The translations under genes and the position numbers were made by a program. Below, in pieces: positions 50,430-64,000 of a stretch of 64,000 nucleotides of DNA. The stretch covers positions 88,660,001-88,724,000 of the forward strand of contig OY740788.1 in assembly GCA_963514005.1 (NCBI GenBank). Direction: 5' to 3'. Below the pieces are notes generated by a model that was not told where the DNA came from, did not search any database, and was given only the letters and a program-made list of their open reading frames with translations. Position 1 is the stretch's first letter, and each line of letters starts with the position of its first letter. The DNA comes from Raja brachyura (lineage: Eukaryota).

Positions 50430-51272
50430 TAAGATAAGATGCATTTATTTGTCCCCTGTGCCAATTGGCACAGCAAAATTAAACCACCATACAGACATAC
50501 AGTAAAAATAAAGAACACAACATGGAGTAGATAGAATTCAACATAAAACAGGATCAAAGTTTCCCGCTGTGAGGGAAGGCACCAAAGTCAGTCTCTTCCC
50601 AATGTTCCCCACTGTTCCCCCGTGGTCAGGGCCTCCCTGAGCCCCCTGCAGTCGCTGCTATGGGCGGCCCGATGTTCAGGTCCCGCTCCCCGGGGTGATG
50701 CAAGTCCGACATCGGGGCTGGGCGATGTCCTCAGCAACCTGGACCCCGAGTCGGCCCCCTCCTACCGGAGTCCGCGGCTCCCAAAGTCCGCAGGCCGTGC
50801 CGGGTGGAGACGCAACACTGGAGGCCCTCGGCAAAGGGCCCAGGACTCCACGATGACGGTCAGCGCCGCCCGCGTTGGGAGCTCTCCCAACCAGAGCTCC
50901 ACGATGTTGGAGCAGCGGCCCAACGCTCCGGAGCTTCAACGGCGACCCAGGTAGGCATCGCCCGCTCCGTGGTGACTCCAGCACCGCCGCCGCTGATGCA
51001 GCTCTGGTCCGGTTCCTGGTCCCCGGCAGGGAAGGCCGCTCCGATCCAGGAGGTAGGCCGCGAGGTGGGGGGCGAGGACACGACTCGGAGAAATAGTCAC
51101 ATCCCCGCCAGGAAGCGACTGGGAAACAGTTTCCCCCTTACCCTGCCCCCCTCCCCCACATATAAAAGTTAAAGGTTCCCCCAAAAACAAACTTTAAACT
51201 GACTAAAAATAAAAAAGATGGAAAAACAAACGGGCTGCAGGCAGTGGCAGCTGGCAGTCCAGCGCCCCTAGC
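50430..51272 (-). mobile_element. Non-coding GC-rich interspersed repeat, related to the fragment at ~10535-10715
   Basis: 51090-51270 resembles the reverse complement of 10536-10700. The minus-strand end carries AATAAA followed by short tail repeats. Confidence 0.45.
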
Positions 51273-51679
51273 GTCCATCTAAATCTAAATCTAAACAAAT
51301 ACCATTCTGTCTATCATCACCCTCCTCCTTTACTAGGGCGAGGCCAAACACAAACTAGAGGAACTGCATCTTATAAGGTGCCTGGATGGTCTTTGTAGAT
51401 GGCATGGACTCTCAATTCTCCAATTTCAGGTAACCCTCTCCCTCCGTCCCCTTCGCCTTCTGATCTCAGGACCCATCTCCCCCTTCTTTTCAACCACAGT
51501 CCCCAGCTCCCTGACATCTAGTTTCTTTCCACTCCTCCACCCACCCCCATCAGTCCATCACCCATGCACTCTTCCCACTGGTTCCCCTCTTCTCCCCCCT
51601 CACCCCCCAAAAACTGTTCCCACCTTCCCAGTCTAACTCCCTTATTTGGTTCCATCATCAGCACAATGCCACAATGTCG

Positions 51680-51962
51680 GCACAGTGGCGAACCGGTAGA
51701 GTTGCCGCCTGGCAGCAACAGAAACCAGAGTTCAATCCTGACCACAGATGCTGTCTATGTGGAGTTTGTATGTTCTCGTTGTGACCACCTGGGTTTTCTC
51801 CCACACTCCAAAGACGTACAGGTTTGTAGGTTTATTGGCTTCAGTAAAAAATGTAAATTGTCCCTAGTGTGCAGGACAGTGCTAGTGCATGGGGTGATGG
51901 CTGATTGGTGCGGCCTCGATGGGCCAAAGGGCCTGTTTCCGCGCTGTATCTCTAAAGTCTAG
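51680..51962 (+). mobile_element. HE1-like SINE
   Basis: Same head and tail as the other copies. Confidence 0.7.
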
Positions 51963-54411
51963 ATCTGCAGCCCTTCTGCACCACTCACCTCTCAGCCTCT
52001 GTCAATGTTCTCACCTTCCTTCCCACCATCACCTAACTCCATCTGCTGAGCAGGCTCTCCTTATCCCAATCTACCTATTGCTTTCCAGCTCTTGATCCAC
52101 CCTCTGCCCCACCTCGTTGTACACATCCCCCCCACCCACTCTGTTGGTCCTGCTGAAGGATCTCAACCCAAAGTGTCAATCATTTTGTTTTTCCTCCCCC
52201 CCACCTATACTGCCTGATCACGAGTTCCTCCAGCATAATCGTTACTCCAGATCACCCATTTGCAGCCCCTTGTATCTCCAGAGGCAACCAATCCCAGCCA
52301 TATCCTCATCAGGATTCAGAAAATGAACAAATAAAACCAAGGATGTAATTCCCTATCATGTTGCCCATGATCTGATCAGTCATGGCTTTCACCCCATAAC
52401 TGGTTCTCAGCCTCTTACATATGGAGGCTGTGACTCCTCTGGAGCATTCCCGACAATGAACATTCCCCATTCTCTCTCCCAGCCACCAGGTCTGCTGGTA
52501 CTTCTCCCCACCCTGACGATTAATTCTACAGCCCCACCACTATGTGCTCTGTTCCAACGCGGCCATTTAGACGTTGGCACACAAGGAAATTAAAATTCGC
52601 ACCTCTCACCCACCGCTAACATCCTCTGGTTTTACATGCACTAGGAGGCACTGGCACGCCTCAAATTCTGGTCTATGACAACCCCCAGTATCTAGGTTCT
52701 TCCCTCCATTTATCTCCTCCATTGAAGATTCCAACCTCCACCAATTGGGAAAGATGGGCGGAACCACAGATACTGGTTTATACCGAAGATAGACACAAAA
52801 TGTTGGAGTAACTCAGCGGGTCAGACAGGATCTCTGGAGACAAGGAATAGGCAATGTTTCGGGTCGGAACCTTATTCAGGTATTCCACTAAAGACAATGG
52901 CGAGTGACGTGGAGAGGCAGGGTGAAGAAGCATTTGGCACACTTGTCTTCCTTAGGATAGGTGTCAAGTGCAAACTTTTGCACATAAGAATGAAGCCGTA
53001 AAATTTTAGGTGAGACCTTACTTGGTCATTTTTCCAGGATTGACGGTTCTAAAACTAAGGTTAAGGAAAGAGGGGAGAGATTTAAGGGGGACCTCTGGGG
53101 CAACTTTTTCCACTTTGAGAGTAGTTGTTACTTGGAATGAGCTGCCAGAGGATGGTATGGAAGTGGATACACCTAAGACTTTAAAAGATATATGATAGGA
53201 ATGGTTTAGAATGAATATGGGGCAAATGCAGGCAAACAGGACTAGCCCAGTAAGCGAACTGGGCATGCATGGACAAGGAGTGCCAAAGGAATTGTTTCCA
53301 TCCTGTACAGCTCTGTGATGTATTTGGTTAACAAAACAATAGTAATTTTTCTGGCTTATTAACGGCCTGTGGTCGATGCCCATTGTGCAGACTATGTGCA
53401 TTCACCCTTCATGATTTTATACATCTATACAAGATCACCACTGAGGCTCCAAAGCATAAAGTCCCAGCCTTCCCAACTTCTTCCTGTAACTCAATCACTG
53501 GAGTTCTCAAAGTAGCATTGTGATACTGGCTGAAGATTCAGTTCAGTTATTGTCACATGCAAAGAGGTACAGTGAAAAGCTTTTGTTGCATGCGAACCAG
53601 TCAGTGGAAAGACAATACATGATTGCAGTTGAGCCACTTACAGTGTATACGTTAGATACATGATGAGGGAATAACATTTAGCACAAGGTAAAGCCAGTAA
53701 AGTCTGATTAAACATAGTCCGAGGGTCACCAATGAGGTAGATAGTAGTTCAGGACTGCTTTCTTGGGAGGGCATATAATCTAGAAAGCCTTTCAAATGAG
53801 ACTTTGAAATAAAAAGAGGATGATTACAATGCAGAGGTGAAATACAGACCTCCTAACAGGAGCTTCCCACAGGAATAGATGTGTAGGCAATCAGGGAGAG
53901 GTGAAAGAGCAAAAAGGTTCTAGTCAAGGCGATTTCAACTTTGCAATATTAACTGAAATCATTTGGTGTGAGAGGATTGGAGGTATTTGATTTTTTAAGT
54001 TTGAGGCAGTATGCGAATAGTTCAATTAGAGAAGGGGCAAGAAACCAAATCCTACGAAACAAACACAAAAATAGACACAAACATCTGGGGTAACTCAACG
54101 AGTCGGAAAACTTCTCTGAAGAAAAGGAATAGGTGATGTTTCGGGTCATAGAAACATAGAAAATAGGTGCAGGAGTAGGCCACTCAGCCCTTCGAGCCAG
54201 CACCTCCATTCAATATAATCATGACTGATCATCCAAAATCAGTACCCCTTCCAAGACCCTTCCAGGTAACAGTGGGAGAACATTTTGGTGAAATCGACCA
54301 AAACTCCACAAAAGCATTCCCTTCCCCAGTAGGACTATCCATGCATTGGCCCAGACTTAAACACCCATCTCCTTGAAGGCTTGCATTTGGTGGAGGGGAC
54401 AGGCCTATTTC

Positions 54412-55162
54412 AATATAACCATATAACAATTACAGCACGGAAACAGGCCATCTCGGCCCTTCAAGTCCGTGCCGAACAACTTTTTTCCCTTAGTCCCACC
54501 TGCCTGCACTCATACCATAACCCTCCATACCCTTCTCATCCATATGCCTATCCAATTTATTTTTAAATGATACCAACGAACCTGCCGCCACCACTTCTAC
54601 TGGAAGCTCATTCCACACCGCTACCACTCTCTGAGTAAAGAAGTTCCCCCTCATGTTACCCCTAAACCTCTGTCCCTTAATTCTAAAGTCATGTCCTCTT
54701 GTTTGAATCTTCCCTATTCTCATAGGGAAAAGCTTGTCCACATCAACTCTGTCTATCCCTCTCATCATTTTAAAGACCTCTATCAAGTCCCCCCTTAACC
54801 TTCTGCGCTCCAGAGAATAAAGACCTAACTTATTCAACCTATCTCTGTAACTTAGCTGTTGAAACCCAGGCAACATTCTAGTAAATCTCCTCTGTACCCT
54901 CTCTATTTTGTTCGCATCCTTCCTATAATTGGGCGACCAAAATTGTACACCATACTCCAGATTTGGTCTCACCAATGCCTTGTACAAATTTAACATTACA
55001 TCCCAGCATCTATACTCAATGCTCTGATTTATAAAGGCTAGCATACCAAAAGCTTTCTTTACCACCCTATCTATATGAGATTCCACCTTCAAGGAACAAT
55101 GCACGGTTATTCCCAGATCCCTCTGTTCAACTGTATTCTTCAATTCCCTACCGTTTACCATA
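54412..55162 (-). mobile_element. CR1 LINE 3' fragment, near-identical to 22811-23755
   Basis: ORF 54490-55215 matches the translations of 22811-23673 almost residue for residue. Confidence 0.9.
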
Positions 55163-56454
55163 TCCGAGTCGGGAATTGGCAAAAGCAGACTGGGAGCGGG
55201 TACTCGGGTATACATCTACTGCCAGCAGTGGGGAGAGTCAAATGGAGGGAGTTCTGGGCCAATGCATTCCCATAAGGGAGAAAATGGGTTATGGGGAGAA
55301 AGGGGTTGAGAAGGAAAGACAGATCAGTCATGATTGAATGGCAGAGTCGACTAATTCTGCTCCTACAATTTAGGAACATGAAAAGTCAAAAAGAGCAAGT
55401 CTGAGGAACTCAAAAATAACGAAAAGGAAGCAAATGGCACGAGAGTACTAAAAACACGAGAACCCCTACAGGAGTGTAGAAAGCATGTGGGGGAGGGGCT
55501 TAAAATACATTTGACGGGCAAAGAAGAGTTACAAAATGTCACTAGCAGATGAGTTTTAATTTAAATTAAAATATCATGGCTTTTATATGTATCTTAACAG
55601 CAAAGGGGAAACTAGGGAACGAATAACTTCCATTAGGGACCAACGGAGCAATCCATGCATGGATCCAAAAGCCCTGGGCTGGGAGACATCTTAGATGAGC
55701 ACAGATCATCCTTATTCAATGAGAGCGACCACTGACTGGTAGGTGGAGAATTCAGGGAGGGGTACTCTGGAATGCCAGGACGCTATCATTGAAAGGAAAA
55801 TGGGCGTCTGGATGGGTTTAAATGTGGGAAATTCCACACGGGTGGGAGAGTGAGGGAGAGGTTCTTGGTTCCTTGGTCCTCTAAATGATTCCAAATGGAA
55901 TTTAAACTGGAGGGAGAGGGGGAGGGGGAGGGGGAGGAGTGGGGGTAGGGAGGGAGAGACGTGGCCGGTGTAGGCTTGTGTCTGCTGATGGCGTGGTGCA
56001 AGAGTGGGGGAGGTGCAAGAGGAACCGGGATCTTGGAGAGTTGTACAACTGACCGAGACAGGGGCGGTTCAACGGGCCAGAGGGGATCTGTGCAGGGGAA
56101 TGGATGGACGGCGATTCGGTTCGCGGCGCGTCCGTGGCTCCAGACCACCGAAGATAGACACGAAACGCTGGAGGAACTCAGCCGGGCAGGCAGCATCCAT
56201 GGAGAGAAGGAATGGGTGACGTTCCGGGTAGGGACCCTTGGACTTCCCTTCCTTCTCCCTCCACAGATGCTGCCTGACCCGCTGAGATCCTCCAGCAGTT
56301 TGTCTCTTGCTCAAGATTCCAGCATCTGCAGTCTCTTGTGTTTGTATGGGCGAGGTACAAATGTCATTGACCCAATGCCTATGTTCCACAGATGCTGCCC
56401 TTTCTGCTTTCTGTTATTTTTTTCTCATCAGATTTGCAGCGCCTGGAGTTGGGG

Positions 56455-57365
56455 TTTTTGGAGGGAGGGGGGGGGGGGTCTGGTAGGGGGAGAGGGGGGG
56501 GGTCTGGTAGCGGGAGAGGGGGGGTCCGGTGGAGGGAGGGGGGGTCCGGTGGAGGGAGGGGGGGTCCGGTGGAGGGAGGGGGGGGGTCTGGTGGAGGGAG
56601 GGGGGGGGGTCTGGTGGAGGGAGGGGGGGGGGGTCTGGTGGAGGGAGGGGGGGGGTCTGGTGGAGGGAGGGGGGGGGTCTGGTGGAGGGAGGGGGGGGGT
56701 CTGGTGGGGGGAGGGGGGGGGTCTGGTGGGGGGAGGGGGGGTCTGGTGGGGGGAGGGGGGGTCTGGTGGGGGGAGGGGGGGTTTGGTGGGGGGAGAGGGG
56801 GGGTTTGGTGGGGGGAGAGGGGGGGGTTTGGTGGGGGGAGAGGGGGGGGTTTGGTGGGGGGAGAGGGGGGGTTTGGTGGGGGGAGAGGGGGGGTTTGGTG
56901 GGGGGAGAGGGGGGGTTTGGTGGGGGGAGGGGGGGGTCTGGTGGGGGGAGGGGGGGGTCTGGTGGGGGGAGGGGGGTCTGGTGGGGGGAGGGGGGTCTGG
57001 TGGGGGGAGGGGGGTCTGGTGGGGGGAGGGGGGTCTGGTGGGGGGAGGGGGGGACTGGTGGAGGGAGGGGGGGCCTGGTGGAGGGAGGGGGGGCCTGGTG
57101 GAGGGAGGGGGGGCCTGGTGGAGGGAGGGGGGGTCTGGTGGGGGGAGGGGGGGTCTGGTGGGGGGAGGGGGGGCCTGGTGGAGGGGGGGGGGGGTCTGGT
57201 GGAGGGGGGGGGGCCTGGTGGAGGGAGGGGGGGCCTGGTGGAGGGAGGGGGGTCTGGTGGGGGGAGGGGGGGGCCTGGTGGAGGGGGGGGGGGCCTGGTG
57301 GAGGGGGGGGGGGTCTGGTGGAGGGGGGGGGTCTGGTGGAGGGAGGGGGGTCTGGTGGAGGGGAC
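56455..57365. repeat. G-rich minisatellite (GGTGGAGGGAGGGGGGGTCT variants), predicted G-quadruplex former
   Basis: Seen directly; units of ~18-22 bp. Confidence 0.92.
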
Positions 57366-57369
57366 TTTA

Positions 57370-58010
57370 CACGGCAGCCCTCGGCCGGACAGGAGCCGGT
57401 GCGGTGGGCGTGGGATCGGGGATGTGTACCGGACTGGGGTGGCCCGGCACCCGGCTACTTGCCTTTTTCTGGAGACGCCGCTGCAAGGGCTTGTGCCGCT
57501 CTCCGGACACCGTGTCCGTCCACTCTATCGGGACACCGAGCGGTCACTTTGATCGATCGGTCGGTCACTCCCTGCGAACACCTTTCCCGACGACTCTGCC
57601 ACTGTTGCCCTCTCTGTTTGTTCCTGCCACCCGGTCTCTGCAACAACCCGCTCGATCTGAATCGCCCGGGACTCGCCGGCTTTAACTGGGGCCAGATGTG
57701 GTGGGGGTGGCCACAAGAAATCCCGGAGTGGTTCTCGGAAATAATTCGGATTTACGCGTAACCCGCCGAAATCTCGTCATCCCTATCAGAACACTCGTAA
57801 ATAGATTTAGAAAAAACACGAAGAAGATTAAAAGAAAGTGAAAGAAAATGTGTGTCCGCACCAGCTGTTTCAAGAACAAAAACCTCTATGATTGCGGATC
57901 CGGGGAGTGAGGAACTCCGTCCCGCGTATTGTAGGTGATTTGTCCAAATCCAGTTGTAAACAGCGGAACCACGAGGCTGGGGCTGGTGGACGGAGTAGAA
58001 CAGGGGGCGG
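57370..58010 (-). promoter_or_regulatory. CpG-rich unique segment: candidate promoter or 5' UTR exon of the ZNF395-like gene
   Basis: Locally CpG-dense, non-repetitive, and upstream of the first coding exon, which has an acceptor. A candidate donor AAG|GCAAGT lies at 57463/57462 on the minus strand. Confidence 0.4.
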
Positions 58011-58053
58011 GTTGGGAATGTGTGTGTGTGAGTGAGAGAGGGAGTGTGAGGGT

Positions 58054-58089
<36 letters not shown>

Positions 58090-58984
58090 GTGAGAGAGAG
58101 TGAGTGTGTATGTGAGAGAGAGGGAGTGAGTGGGAGAGTGTGAGTGTGGGAGGGAGGTAGAGAGCGGGGTAGGGAGTGTGATTGGGAGGTGAGAGGGTGA
58201 TGGGGAGGTGAGGGGCTGGGGAAGCGGGGAGGGAGAGAGTGTATTGGGAATAGAGGAGGGGGGATAGTGGAGGATGGAATAGACGGTCAATGAGTGTGAG
58301 GGGGGAGGGGGGAGGGGGTGGGAGAGAGAGCGTCTGGGAGAGGGGATGGAGAGGACATAAGAGAGAGAGAGATTGACTGGGAAATACGAGAGAGCTCGTT
58401 ACATGGATGAGAAAGGGAGTCCTGGGATGGGAACAAGAATTGCAGGGGGAATGGATGGGAAAGGGATAAATCAGGGCTGAAGGCGGCTTTGGGAAGGATT
58501 GTGATGCTGTGTTGGGAACATGGGTGTTTTGGAATGGGATGTGGCCGACAGTGCAGAAAGGAGCGTTAATTGATGGAATCCCTGGCCGGATTGAGAGTGA
58601 CTGTGGCCGGATAAACCCTTGTTGTTTGTAAACATAGAAGCAGAGTAGCGTTCGCCGCGCTGAGGTTTAATGTCAGCATGATATTTCCGCGGTTTCGGTG
58701 TTTACGAGGCCGGGTTCCAGGGGCTGGAGTACAGGTTGTGTCCCGGTTGCGGGGAGGACGCCAGATCCGTGCAGTCCGTGTTCTTTTTGCGGGACATGGA
58801 CTTCTTGGCTCCTCCCTCCCCTGGCGCCGGCAGGAACACGCTCGCAGCCTACGTGCCAAGTCTCACATCGCGGCCTCATGCCGCCCTCCCAGTGTACAGT
58901 GTACAGGGAACACTGGGTGTGTGCTGGGGCATGTGTGCTCAAAGATCCTATAGCAAGCTCCGCTGTAAGATCATTGGGCGTGCT

Positions 58985-60005
58985 CACACACACAGACCCA
59001 GGCACAGACCCACACACTCCCCCAGATACAGACCCAGGCACAACCCCACACACTCCCCCACACACAGACCCAGGCACAACCCCACACACAGACCCAGGCA
59101 CAGCCCCACACACACACCCAGGCACAACCCCACACACAGACCCAGGCACAACCCCACACACAGACCCAGGCACAGCCCCACACACTCCCCCCCCCCCCCG
59201 CCCCCAGATACAGACCCAGGCGCAACCCCACACACTCCCCCAGATACGGATCCAGGCACAACCCCACACACAGACCCAGGCACAACCCCACACACAGACC
59301 CAGGCACAGCCCCGCACACAGACCCAGGCACATCCCCACACACAGACCCTGGCACAACCCCACACACAGACCCTGGCACAACCCCACACACAGACCCAGG
59401 CACAGCCCCACACACAGACCCAGGCACAGCCCCACACACAGACTCAGGCACAACCCCACACCCCCCCCCCCCCCCACACACAGACCCAGGCACAGCCCCA
59501 CACACAGACCCAGGCACAACCCCACACACAGGCCCAGGCACAACCCCACACACAGACCCAGGCACAACCCCACACACAGACCCACACAGACCCAGGCACA
59601 ACCCCACACCCCCAGGCACAACCCCACACACTCCCCCACACACAGACCCAGGCACAACCCCACACACAGACCCAGGCACAACCCCACACACAGACCCAGC
59701 AACAACCCCACATACTCCCCCCCCCCCAGACACAGACCCAGGCACAACCCCACACACAGACCCAGTCACAACCCCACACACTCCCACAGACCCAGGCACA
59801 ACCCCACATACAGACCCAGGCACAACCCCACACACTCCCCCACACACAGCCCCACACACTCCCTCACACACAGACCCAGGCACAACCCCACACACTCCCC
59901 CACACACAGACCCAGGCACAACCCCACACACTCCCCCACACACAGACCCAGACACAACCCCACACACTCCCCCAGGCACAACCCCAGATACCCAGGCACA
60001 ACCTC
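58985..60005. repeat. 24-bp minisatellite (CACACAGACCCAGGCACAACCCCA)n
   Basis: Seen directly; it is the source of the long HTDPGTTP and TQAQPH ORFs. Confidence 0.92.
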
Positions 60006-60504
60006 AGGCACTACTGTCGACACGCACCTACACATATTGCCACCCAGACCTTGTCCATCCCACTCCCCGTAACTCATTTAGAGCCATTGACTCATGCAGT
60101 ACAGAAACAGGCCCTTTGGCCCATATCATCCATGCTGGCCAAGATAGCCATCTACGAGATCTTATTGTGCCTGCGTTTCACCTACAGTTCTCTAAACATT
60201 TCCTACCCATGTACCTGCATAAACATATTTTAAAAGTTGTTATTGTACCTGCTTCCTCTGGCAACTCGTTACAGAAACACACCATACTCTGCGGGGAAAA
60301 GGTTGCCCTTGTGTGCATTCACACTATCTATTCCCCTCCAGATTGTATAAACCTCTATAAGATCAGCCCTCCGTCTATAGCATTGCAAGGAATAAGGTCT
60401 TATCCTGCCTTTCCTCTCCCCATTATCCAGTGCCTTGAATCATGGCAACATCTTTCTCATTTTTGTTTCTACACTCTTTCCAACTTAATTATATATTTCC
60501 TACG

Positions 60505-60797
60505 ACTTTAGAGTTTAGAAATGCAGCAATAAACAGGCCATTCAGCCCACCGAGTCCGTGCCGACCAGCGATCATCGCATACACACTAGAGACCATTTAC
60601 AAATTTACCTAACACAATTAACCTACAAACCTGTACATCTATGGAGTGTGGGAGGAAACCAGAGCACTCAGAGAAAAAAACCATGTGGTCACGGGACGAT
60701 TGTACAAACTTCGTACGGACAGCACCCGTAGTCAGGATTGAACCGGGGTCTCTGGTGCTGTGAGGCGGCAACTCTACCGCTGCGCCACTGTGCCGCC
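60505..60797 (-). mobile_element. HE1-like SINE
   Basis: Reverse complement of GTGGCGCAGCGGTAGAGTTGCCGCCTCACAGCACCAGAGACCCCGGTTCAATCC. Confidence 0.72.
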
Positions 60798-63375
60798 CCT
60801 AGTGGTGGTGACCAAAACTGAACAAACCACTGCAAGTGTAGCCTCAACGACGTACAACTCCAACATAAAATCCCAACTTCTATACAATGAAACCATAAAG
60901 TGCTGGAGTAACTTAGTGGTTCAGGCAGCATCTATGGAAAATGTGGATGGGCACCGTTTGGGGTCGAGAGCCTTCTTCACTCTGTCTTCAATACTCAATG
61001 CCATTCCCCATGAAGGCCAGCATGCCAGATGCCATCTTCATCACACTGTCACCTGTGACGCCACTTTCAGAGAACTATATTTTGTACTTTTAGGACCCTC
61101 TGATCTGCAAACCTCCCCAGTACGAGACCATTCACTGGGGAAGTCCTATCCTGGTTTGATGTCTCAAAATGCAAGACCTCATACTTATCTGAATTAAAAG
61201 CTACAAGCTACAACCTACTTGAAAGCCACGACCGTTGATGTCCTCAGAAATCCGGATGGTCATTTTCTTCAGGAGCTGCAGTTGGACACTCTTCCCACTG
61301 GTGTAGTCCAGGGGGACATTGGATGATTCCCTGATTTCCCACAGCCTGCAGGAGAAGCGTACCACTGCCCCGACTACCCCCCAACTGCAGTAANNNNNNN
61401 NNNNNNNNNNNNNNNNNNNNNNNNNNNNNNNNNNNNNNNNNNNNNNNNNNNNNNNNNNNNNNNNNNNNNNNNNNNNNNNNNNNNNNNNNNNNNNNNNNNN
61501 NNNNNNNNNNNNNNNNNNNNNNNNNNNNNNNNNNNNNNNNNNNNTCATTTACCATATTGTTTACAGTGTACTATGTTTACATATTCTGTTGTGCTGTTGC
61601 AACTATGAATGTCATTGTTTTATCTGGGACAGACGACAGTAAAACCCTGTCACTGTCTATACCGACAATAAAACACAAACTTTACTGTTCTTACCTTTGC
61701 CTCTGTAGCCTCTCGAGTCCATGCCTCAGTGCTTACCCTCAAAAGCAGCACTTGGAACTAAAACGCAGCCACTCGCACCATGGCCACTCCACTACTCCTT
61801 GCTTTAGTTTCATCAGCTGATATGCCTCATAATTAGTCAATTCAAATGCTTCCTTGGCCCTGCTCCAAATTAGAAAAAAATCCTTACTGCTGTTATGCTC
61901 CACCTCCTGGCTGGAAAATCACAAGGCCAGTTCACTGACGGTGCTCATTTCTACCAACATGTCCTGACATAACCCCAGACATTTGACCCATCAGTCATTC
62001 AGGCTCACTCCCAGCCATTTACTGCCTCATAAACCACTCATAGACTGCACACAAATATCCGCCAACATCCACCAAACAACTTGCAACATACGTACAGATA
62101 ACGTATAAAGAGCATACGAGCATGCCACAAGGGACTATGCATGATCTAAGTGAGTCAGAGTCATACACTTACAGTAGACAGCATGGAAACAGGCCCTTCG
62201 GCCCAACGCTTCCATGCTGACCTGGTGCCTAACCAAGCAAATCCCATTTGCCTGTGACTGGCTCACATTATTCCAAACTACTCCAAGCCTCCTTTAATCC
62301 AGAGAAATAGATCTAGCCGAGCCAGCCTCTCTTTCTAACTCAAAGGTTCCAGACCCATGTACCTGTCCAATATATTTTAAACGTTGCTGTACCCATGTCT
62401 ACCACTTCCTCTGCAACTCGTTCCTTTACTCACAACCGTAAGTGTGTAAAGGATTTCCTCTCAGGTCGTTATACCCTCTCTTTAAATCTATGCACTCATG
62501 TGAGATTTAGCCTCCCTCATCCTAGGAAAATTGCCCTCATGATTTTATACCCCTCTATAACATCACCCCTCAGCCTCCAGAGCAGGGCTGGGAATCTTTT
62601 CATGTTGGAATGCTGCATTAAGTTAGCTGTAATCTGACAAGGCCGCAGCCAAGAAACCTCAATAGCATATACATTACATTAAAATGTACATTATTTTGTA
62701 AAAGTTTGTGACATGATGGGCTGTTAAGCAGACAGAATTTTAAAAAATAGTCCAACAAATACGTTGTTTAACTCTTCTCATATTCAACTGCAAACGGAAA
62801 GCCACGTGCACCGCTATCAAAAGTTGATAATACTGAAGACTGGACGGCCAGCGGACTCTCGCCGACATTTTCTCTGTCGTCAACCAGCCTCAGGCGGTGG
62901 AGGCGCCAGTCAGGCAGGGAGGTTCACGTACATTCTAGACTCGCATTAGAACTAAATCATGAACATAACAGATTTACTAATGTTTTAATTGTGGCCGTCA
63001 GTCGGGGAAGATTATTTAGTTGAATCTTCTTTTACGCTTTGGTATTTTAAATACTTTCATTTTAAGATTTAAATAAAAATAATAAAAGACGAACAAAAAC
63101 ATATTCATAAAAATAAAAGGATTTGTTCTACAAAATTTGGATTTATTCAAAAGGCCGCACTTAATAGCCTCTCCAGCCTCTCTTTATAAATCAAATCCTC
63201 CAGACCCAGTAACACACTCGTAAATCCTTTTTCCACCTTTCCATTTTTACGATATCCTTAATATACTAGCAGGGCAATCAGAACTCTACACAGCACTCCA
63301 AATGTGGCCTTACCAACGTCTTGGACACCTGTACCATGATATCTAAACACAATGATCAATGAAACTTTATTTAAG

Positions 63376-64000
63376 AATAGAATAGTTTCATTATTGTCAT
63401 TGTAACATGAACCATGTACAACAAAATTTAAAAATGTCAGTGCACCATTCAAAGCATAAAAGCTAACGATACATACAAGGTAAAATATTAAAAAAGATAA
63501 ACAACTAAAATAAATATGAAATATGAAAACAGCACGCATAAACACCCAACCCTACATCCTTCTGTCGATTTCACAGTGTACCAACCACAGTCCCTTAGTC
63601 CCCGCGTTCCTTGGCGGCTACATTTAGTGCCTTTATAGCAGTGGGGTAAAAACTGTTTTTAAGTCTGTTTGTCCTTGTCCTTGTAGATCTGTACCGTCTG
63701 CCTGGCGGCAACAGTTCAAACAGGGAGTGTCCGGGGTGGGAAATGTCCTTTATAATATTCTGGGATTTTTTGATGCAGCGGGAACTGTGTAAGTCCTCCA
63801 AGGTAAGGAGAGGGCAGCCGACAATCCTCTGGGCGTTGTCAATGGCCCTCTGGAGCGCTTTCCTCTGAGCCGCTGTGCAGCTGGTGTACCACACGCATAC
63901 ACAGTATGTTAGGATGCTCTCAATGGAGCACCGATAAAAGGACAGCAGCAGTCTCTGTGTGATGTTATTCTTCCTGAGCACCCTCAGGAAGTGCAGTCTC
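63376..64000 (-). mobile_element. Rex1/Babar-like LINE 3' end (continues beyond the window)
   Basis: ORF 63595-63981 contains FYRCSIESILTYC, HPGHSLFELLPPGRRYRS and RLKNSFYPTAI. Confidence 0.8.

Noticed and set aside
55961-57761. 386-574-aa glycine-rich ORFs
   Set aside because: A stop-free G-rich minisatellite open in all three frames, so there is no evidence of coding.
58673-60511. Mucin-like HTDPGTTP and TQAQPH ORFs; superficial CRISPR-like periodicity
   Set aside because: A 24-bp minisatellite open in several frames on both strands, with no unique spacers, in a vertebrate context.
62583-63165. Possible hAT-like MITE starting CAGGGCTGGG
   Set aside because: The right TIR and TSD could not be identified.

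Overview
This is eukaryotic genomic DNA, not prokaryotic. HE1-like tRNA-derived SINEs and abundant CR1 LINEs point to a cartilaginous fish (elasmobranch, probably a skate or ray). Two spliced genes can be rebuilt by hand and they converge tail-to-tail. (1) On the + strand (446-25421, 5' end outside the window) is an immunoglobulin-superfamily receptor. It has at least three single-exon, non-rearranging VJ-type domains in the order A-B-A', an uncharged Cys-rich transmembrane exon, and three small cytoplasmic exons encoding ITSM (TVYSTV), ITIM (IFYADI) and ITSM (TEYAAI). All splice phases join in frame, and the A and A' exons are ~97% identical while their flanking introns are not alignable. (2) On the - strand (46827-36326) is a ZNF395/ZNF704/SLC2A4RG-family gene with 8 coding exons (~456 aa: N-terminal domain, C2H2 finger, C-clamp). 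The rest is mostly transposable elements: a full-length but decayed DIRS1-type tyrosine-recombinase retrotransposon whose internal complementary region and integration crossover can be read directly, nested CR1/L2/Rex1 LINEs, a TIR DNA element, a solo LTR, SINEs, and Penelope-like repeats with minimal hammerhead-like motifs. G-rich minisatellites and four assembly gaps are also present. TE boundaries are approximate unless a TSD or TIR is quoted.
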